Origin: Eledone cirrhosa
Lineage: Eukaryota
DNA: 64,000 nt
Direction: 5' to 3'
Assembly (NCBI GenBank): GCA_964016885.1
Contig: OZ024741.1
Coordinates: 75,516,001-75,580,000 of the forward strand
In this document: in pieces, positions 58,672 through 64,000 of the stretch
Position numbering within the stretch: the stretch's first letter is position 1
Layout of the letters: every line of letters starts with the position of its first letter
The notes under the pieces: model-generated
What the model saw: only the letters and a program-made list of their open reading frames with translations
Told to the model about the DNA's origin: nothing
The model's database searches: none
Position numbers and translations under genes: made by a program

Positions 58672-59555
58672 AGGTAGCTTCTGCTACCTAGGTGACCGAA
58701 TTAGCAGTGGAGGTGGGTGTTCAGAAAGTACAATAACTAGGGCAAGAACGGGATGGAAGAAGTTTAGGGAACTACTACTACTGCTAGCTGCAAAAGCTTC
58801 TCCCTCAGAATGAAAGGCAGACTGTATGATGCGTGTATCCGAACAGCGATGTTGCATGGTAGTGAGACCTGGGTGCTGAAGGTGGAAGACTTACATAGAT
58901 TAGAGAGAAACGAAGCCTGCATGCTCCGATGGATGTGTAACAGTAATATACGTGAACGACAAAGCATAAATGAATTGAGAGAGAGACTGAGCATAAGAGG
59001 AATCAAATGCTGTGTGCAGGAGAGGCGGTTGCGCTGGTATGGACATGTGATGCGTATGAAGGATGACAGCTGCATAAAAAGGTGCAGAGCACTAGAAGTC
59101 GATGGAAACCGCGGAGTGGGGAGACCCAAGATGACCTGGGATGAGGTGATAAAAGCCAATTACACCTCTCAAAGGCAATGACACACAACTGTGACCTCTG
59201 GCGTCACGTAGTAATACAGAGTACCCGACCTCCCATGGGTACAAGCTGAAGCATATAGACAATATGCCCCCACATCCTTCCACCGCAAGGTGGTCGTGGA
59301 GGTGCCACGGCAAAAAAGCACCCAGCCCACACTGTAAAGTGGACGTGTAGGCGCCACGGAAAAGCACCCAGCACTCACTGTAAATGAGGTTGGTGTTAGG
59401 AAGGGCATCCAGCTGTAGAAATCAAGCTGAATCAGTTCCTGTATGAGCAAGGCATGGTCAGCTGACCAGACACTGCCCACAACGAGGGCAACCCGTCTAA
59501 CCCATGCTAACGTGGAAGAACGGACGTAAAACGGTGATGATGATGATGATGATGA
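58672..59555 (+). mobile_element. RTE 3' fragment with (ATG)n tail
   Basis: FCYLGD..MKGRLYDAC..RLRWYGHVMRM..GRPKMTW. Confidence 0.88.
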
Positions 59556-60160
59556 TAGAGGGGAAAGACACAGAAGAGTGTGTTTTTCTTTACAGGAATT
59601 TCAAACCACCAGCATGAAGAGAATATAAGCTACTAGAGGCATAGGAAAAACATTAAAATGAGAAACCAACCTCACCTAAATCACACATGTACAAACTCAC
59701 CAGGAGAATGCTTCGCCATTTAAGTGGGTTTCAATTCGGCCCAGTGGGTCATCAGCATGTGGAAGGCCGATATTGTCCGCACTACTAGAGAGAACTAAAG
59801 TAAACTACATTTCGCACGTGTTGATATAAGGGAAATGCGTGCACGAGGCAGTAACTGGTGGCATGAACAGAGCAAGATGCTAGAAATGGCAGCCTATACT
59901 ATTCAATTTATAGTGCTCAACAGCAGAGAGAACACAAGGAGCAAATATCAAGTAAAATAACGGAGCAAAGGACTCGCGTATAATCCTCTAATTAAATGAG
60001 CTCAAAGGAAATAGTTTTCCTGGGCACTTTAAAATACAATATTTAGAGGGGAAAGACACAGAAGAGTGTGTTTTTTAATACAGGAATTTCAAACCACCAG
60101 CGTGAAATTCCTATAAAGAAAAACACACTCTTCTGTGTCTTTCCCCTCTATATATTGTAT
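59556..60160. repeat. ~488-bp unit in partial tandem with a terminal inversion hairpin (60033-60160)
   Basis: tagaggggaaagacacagaagagtgtg at 59556 and 60044, reverse complement ending at 60150; another fragment at ~58578-58668. Confidence 0.85.
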
Positions 60161-60177
60161 ATATATATATACATATA

Positions 60178-60292
60178 TATATGAAAGACGTAAAATAAGA
60201 AAATTTTAAAAATTAAAAATTAACTTACTTAATTTTAGTAAGTAAGTTAATTTTTAATTTTTAAAATTTTCTTATTTTACGTCTTTCATATA
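60178..60292. repeat. AT-rich palindrome, ~54-bp arms
   Basis: tatatgaaagacgtaaaataag...cttattttacgtctttcatata. Confidence 0.92.
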
Positions 60293-60869
60293 ATTGTTCT
60301 GCATCCCCTGCATAGAACCACCTAGGTACTTTGACATAACTTATATATTTGCTAGCATTAGTGTACATCTGTACACATATGTTGGTAGATATACTAATTC
60401 TCTATACATATATATATATATATATACTATATATATATGATATACAGTGTGTTTGCCATGGATTCATTATGTATAAGCATAGTCCTGTGCATACATTTAC
60501 ATGTATATATACATATATTTATGCATATACACCACGTCCCTAGATCTACCTCCCCAATCCCCACACATTTCTCCCTCCCAAGTTCCCAGCCCACACAGTA
60601 AAGTGGTTGTTTTGGTGTCATAACAAAAAGCGCTCAGCCCACACTGTAAAGTGATTGTGTTGGTGACACAACAAAAAGTACCCAGTACACACTGTAAATG
60701 TGGTTGATATTAGGAAGGGCATCTAGCCAAAGAAACCAAGTCAGAATCAGTTCTGTGGGAGCAAGACACGGTCACCTGATCTTACTTGTCTCACAACAGG
60801 ACAGCTAACCATGCTAGCATGGAAAAAAGTACTTTAAACAGTGATTATAATGATAATATACATTTACAT

Positions 60870-61245
60870 GAACAGGATTGACATGCGCAGCTAAGTTGGA
60901 AGTGGTATCATGACTGGCGGGTGTAAAAGCAGTCGGCTGGAATTTGCAGATGACATGATGTTACTTAACTCGACAGAAAGTGATCTCCAACTTGCACTCG
61001 ATAGGTTTGATGCTAAGTGCTGCATGGCTAGAATGAAAATCAGTGCTGCAAAAACTGTGACACTCATCCTCTCAAGGAAGCCTGTGCAGTGCACTTTACA
61101 TGTGAACGGAGTTCCACTGAAGCAGGTAGAGAAGTTTCTTGGGGCCATGTTCATGAGTGATGGAAGGCAGGAGGCTGAATTAAGTGCAAGAATTGCAGGA
61201 GCAGGTGTAGTAATGCACCAGCTTCAGCATTTAGTAATCAGTATA
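60870..61245 (+). pseudogene. Rex3/Expander-like RTE RT fragment (sister fragment at ~42314-42460)
   Basis: LEFADDMMLL..DLQLALDRF..MKIS..KT..LKQVEKFLG..RIAGA. Confidence 0.8.
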
Positions 61246-61536
61246 GCAAAATTGTAAAATTGTAAAATTGTAAGATTATAAAATTAAATTGTTTAGAGTA
61301 CCATCTACAAGTGAAGTCATCCTTTTCCTTTTTTCAAATATATATACATATATATATATTTCAGAAGATAAGTTGCTTATATATGGTTGTTACATTGTAA
61401 CTTCTTGGGGATACGCCAGTCCATGTAATCTTAAAGCACTTCATGCCAGTAGTTTATCCCAGCTAAGAGTTGGTGATTAGTCATTTATCAAATAAGACTA
61501 GTTAAGACGGGATTATTTCACCATAATTGTTTCACT

Positions 61537-61587
61537 GTATGATATATATTTCTGTTACATGGTTATGGATGTGACTTCATCAGATAC
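61537..61587 (-). ncRNA. Minimal type I hammerhead ribozyme
   Basis: gtat CTGATGA a gtcacat ccataacc atgtaac a GAAA tatata TC atac. Confidence 0.7.
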
Positions 61588-61729
61588 CTATGCAATCATA
61601 GGTATAGTTATGCAATCATTAGGATATGTTGCTGGTCATGTATTACCATCCAATTGTGATGCCAGCAGACATATATCTATATACTGATTACTGAAGGCTG
61701 AAGCTGGTGTATTGTTGTTAACAGTTGGA

Positions 61730-61975
61730 GTAGCTCTCTAAACTTCTTTCATCATATCCAAATTTTAGATATTGTTCTCTCAGAGTACCTTCATCTGCTG
61801 CTAATCAAGTCACCTGGATAGCAGAAGCTATCAACCTTCTAGGGATCCTTCATGTGATCGGAAAAGATTTATATCACTGATACTCTTCCTCTCACTTACT
61901 CCTGTGCACCTTCTACATACAAAGTCTTCCCTTCCTGTTAATATACCTTTTATCCTACTACTTCTCCTGTCTACC
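61730..61975 (-). pseudogene. Old RTE fragment
   Basis: GREDFVCRRCTG..SFCYPGD on the - strand. Confidence 0.55.
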
Positions 61976-62205
61976 TAAGATTTACATTGTATACACCATA
62001 TGGAGTTTATGCTTACTCTTTTTCTCAGTCACCTGGCCGAGGCCACCAGCCACTGTTTTCACTACTATACCCACTCTGTATCTTACCATGTATAGAGTAC
62101 TTCTTAGATTTGTGGTCTTCCCGGTCCCAGTGTTGCAAACTATCAATATTTCACCATCATTATCATCATCATCATCATTGTTTATCACCTATTTTCAATA
62201 TGTAT

Positions 62206-62270
<65 letters not shown>

Positions 62271-62275
<5 letters not shown>

Positions 62276-63153
62276 AAAATTAAGATAAATCAAAGTGAAT
62301 TTAATCTAAATCAAAATTATGGGTGTCATGCCAGAAAGGCATGCGCCATATCACCCGTAAAATAAGCTCCAAGATTCTAATGAATAGGTCCAAGCGTTTT
62401 ATAACAACTAGAAATTGATTAACAGATAAATAAACATATGAAACAATAACAGGGGATAATTTTTACAAGTGTGTAAGCACACATAGCTAGGTAGGTAACT
62501 AAATAAAGTGCTTACACACTTGTAAAAATTATCCCTGTGATTGTTTCATATTTTTATTTATATGTTAATCAATTTCTAGTTGTTATAAAATGCTCAGACC
62601 TATTCATTAGAATCTTGGAGCTTATTTTACGGGTGATATGGTGCATGCCTTTCTGGCATGACACCCATAATTTTGATTTAGATTAAATTCACTTTGATTT
62701 ATCTTAATTTTGGATATAGATATATAAATACGGCTCCTTAATTGTAGAGCTAACTCTGTTGAAAGGATTTGACTGCTGTTTCTAGTTGTCGATAACCCTA
62801 TTCACGCCACTGGGACGAAGCTGGTATGATGTGTGTATTTTTAGTAGATACAGCACGTGTTACTGGCCAGTCGCTGATTTGAACTTAATGCGTAAACACA
62901 GATGGCTGGACTTCTTCCTTGTTGAAAATCCAAGTATCGGCCTCCGTGGTTTACCATTCGATTAATTGGTGAAATATATTTCTTTAATGGAATATATACA
63001 GGGAAGATTAATCATATTATAAGGTATCTATTTTTGAAGTTCTAGTTAACTTTATTTAGTTACCTACCTAGCTATGTGTGCTTACACACTTGTAAAAATT
63101 ATCCCCTGTGATAGTTTCATATGTTTATTTATATGTTAATCAATTTCTAGTTG

Positions 63154-63156
<3 letters not shown>
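62271..63156. repeat. ~210-bp inverted repeat plus a ~570-bp partial tandem unit
   Basis: Arms 62271-62480 and 62508-62716; third copy at 63049-63156. Confidence 0.92.
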
Positions 63157-63214
<58 letters not shown>

Positions 63215-63230
63215 CATATATACATACATA

Positions 63231-63840
63231 CATGGTGGCTGCCAACTCGTTTTCGAGTACGGCCACTACTTTATATCCATGTAGGAGAACGCCTACCGAT
63301 GCGCTGAACGAGTGTGACTTTATAGTCCAGCCAGCGTATTGAAAACTCTGGTACAAACACTACACTTGTGACAATTATTGACACATAGTGCTGGGCCCAT
63401 GGTACCATGTGAGGACAAGTGCAGAGAGATCTCCAGATATAAAGCAATGCCTGTGCCGTGAAGCTTTTATAGTGAGCAAAGGCACTGCACAAAGCCAGTC
63501 CCACTCTCTTAACCAAGATGATATTTACCAAAAAGAAGAACAAGTCAACATCATTGGATACCATCAGGGTTGCAGGTGTTATATCAGAGTTTTCCTTCTC
63601 CTAGAATTCTGCCTTGACAAAGGCTAAGGGGTCATCTTTCCCGGTGATTTTGGATGGCCATTGACTCTTAAGAGCTCCTTTGCCCTTTGACAGGTTTTGT
63701 TCTTAGTCCTGCAGGATGTCCAAAGTCACCCTCCTCACCAAGAAACCTTGGTGGGGTTGCCAGTTTAGTCGCCAACGTCCCGACCATGAGACAGGTTGTA
63801 CTGGGATACATGTTACCAGTAGCACCAACTGGTGACCTGA
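63231..63840 (-). mobile_element. Non-autonomous, internally deleted RTE (5' UTR joined to the last zinc finger and 3' UTR) in (TACA)n
   Basis: RTE-type 5' motif ctaggagaaggaaaactctga; remnant HKCSVCTRVFNTLAGL*SH; 3' end similar to 44757-44797. Confidence 0.72.
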
Positions 63841-63850
63841 CATACATACA

Positions 63851-63886
<36 letters not shown>

Positions 63887-63914
63887 TATACATACATATA
63901 TATGTATATATATT

Positions 63915-64000
63915 CTAAGGCTCTAAGGCGGGTAAAATTCCCGAGATCCATGGACGAGTTCTCTCCAGCAGTCTCTGTTCCTCATTATCGTTGCGATAAT
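63915..64000 (-). mobile_element. Probable RTE-like ORF C-terminus running off the window
   Basis: IATIMRNRDCWRELVHGSREFYPP* followed by a microsatellite. Confidence 0.45.

Overview
AT-rich, microsatellite-dense metazoan DNA. The repeat families look like those of octopus/cephalopod genomes, which is an inference from pattern recognition. No host protein-coding exon can be supported; the window is almost entirely mobile elements. It holds one apparently intact, CpG-rich Tx1/L1-clade LINE (ORF1 47009-48790, ORF2 48815-52252) and two decayed relatives, a 5'-truncated Neptune-type Penelope-like element (PLE) bounded by 506-bp inverted repeats, and a CR1-type ORF2 nested in an old RTE. It also holds several RTE-clade LINEs (one family with a PHD-like finger inside the RT, one with three C-terminal C2H2 fingers), many tRNA-derived SINEs, a non-autonomous Helitron, and hAT and mariner remnants. 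The most striking unannotated signal is a set of type I hammerhead ribozyme motifs: nine with an intact or near-intact core, two of which are the two arms of one PLE repeat, plus several decayed ones. They belong to several unrelated families. Many lie in non-coding ~300-570-bp units arranged as partial tandems and/or inverted copies, the architecture expected of PLE-mobilised non-autonomous elements or retrozymes. All coordinates and structures were read by eye and no searches were run.
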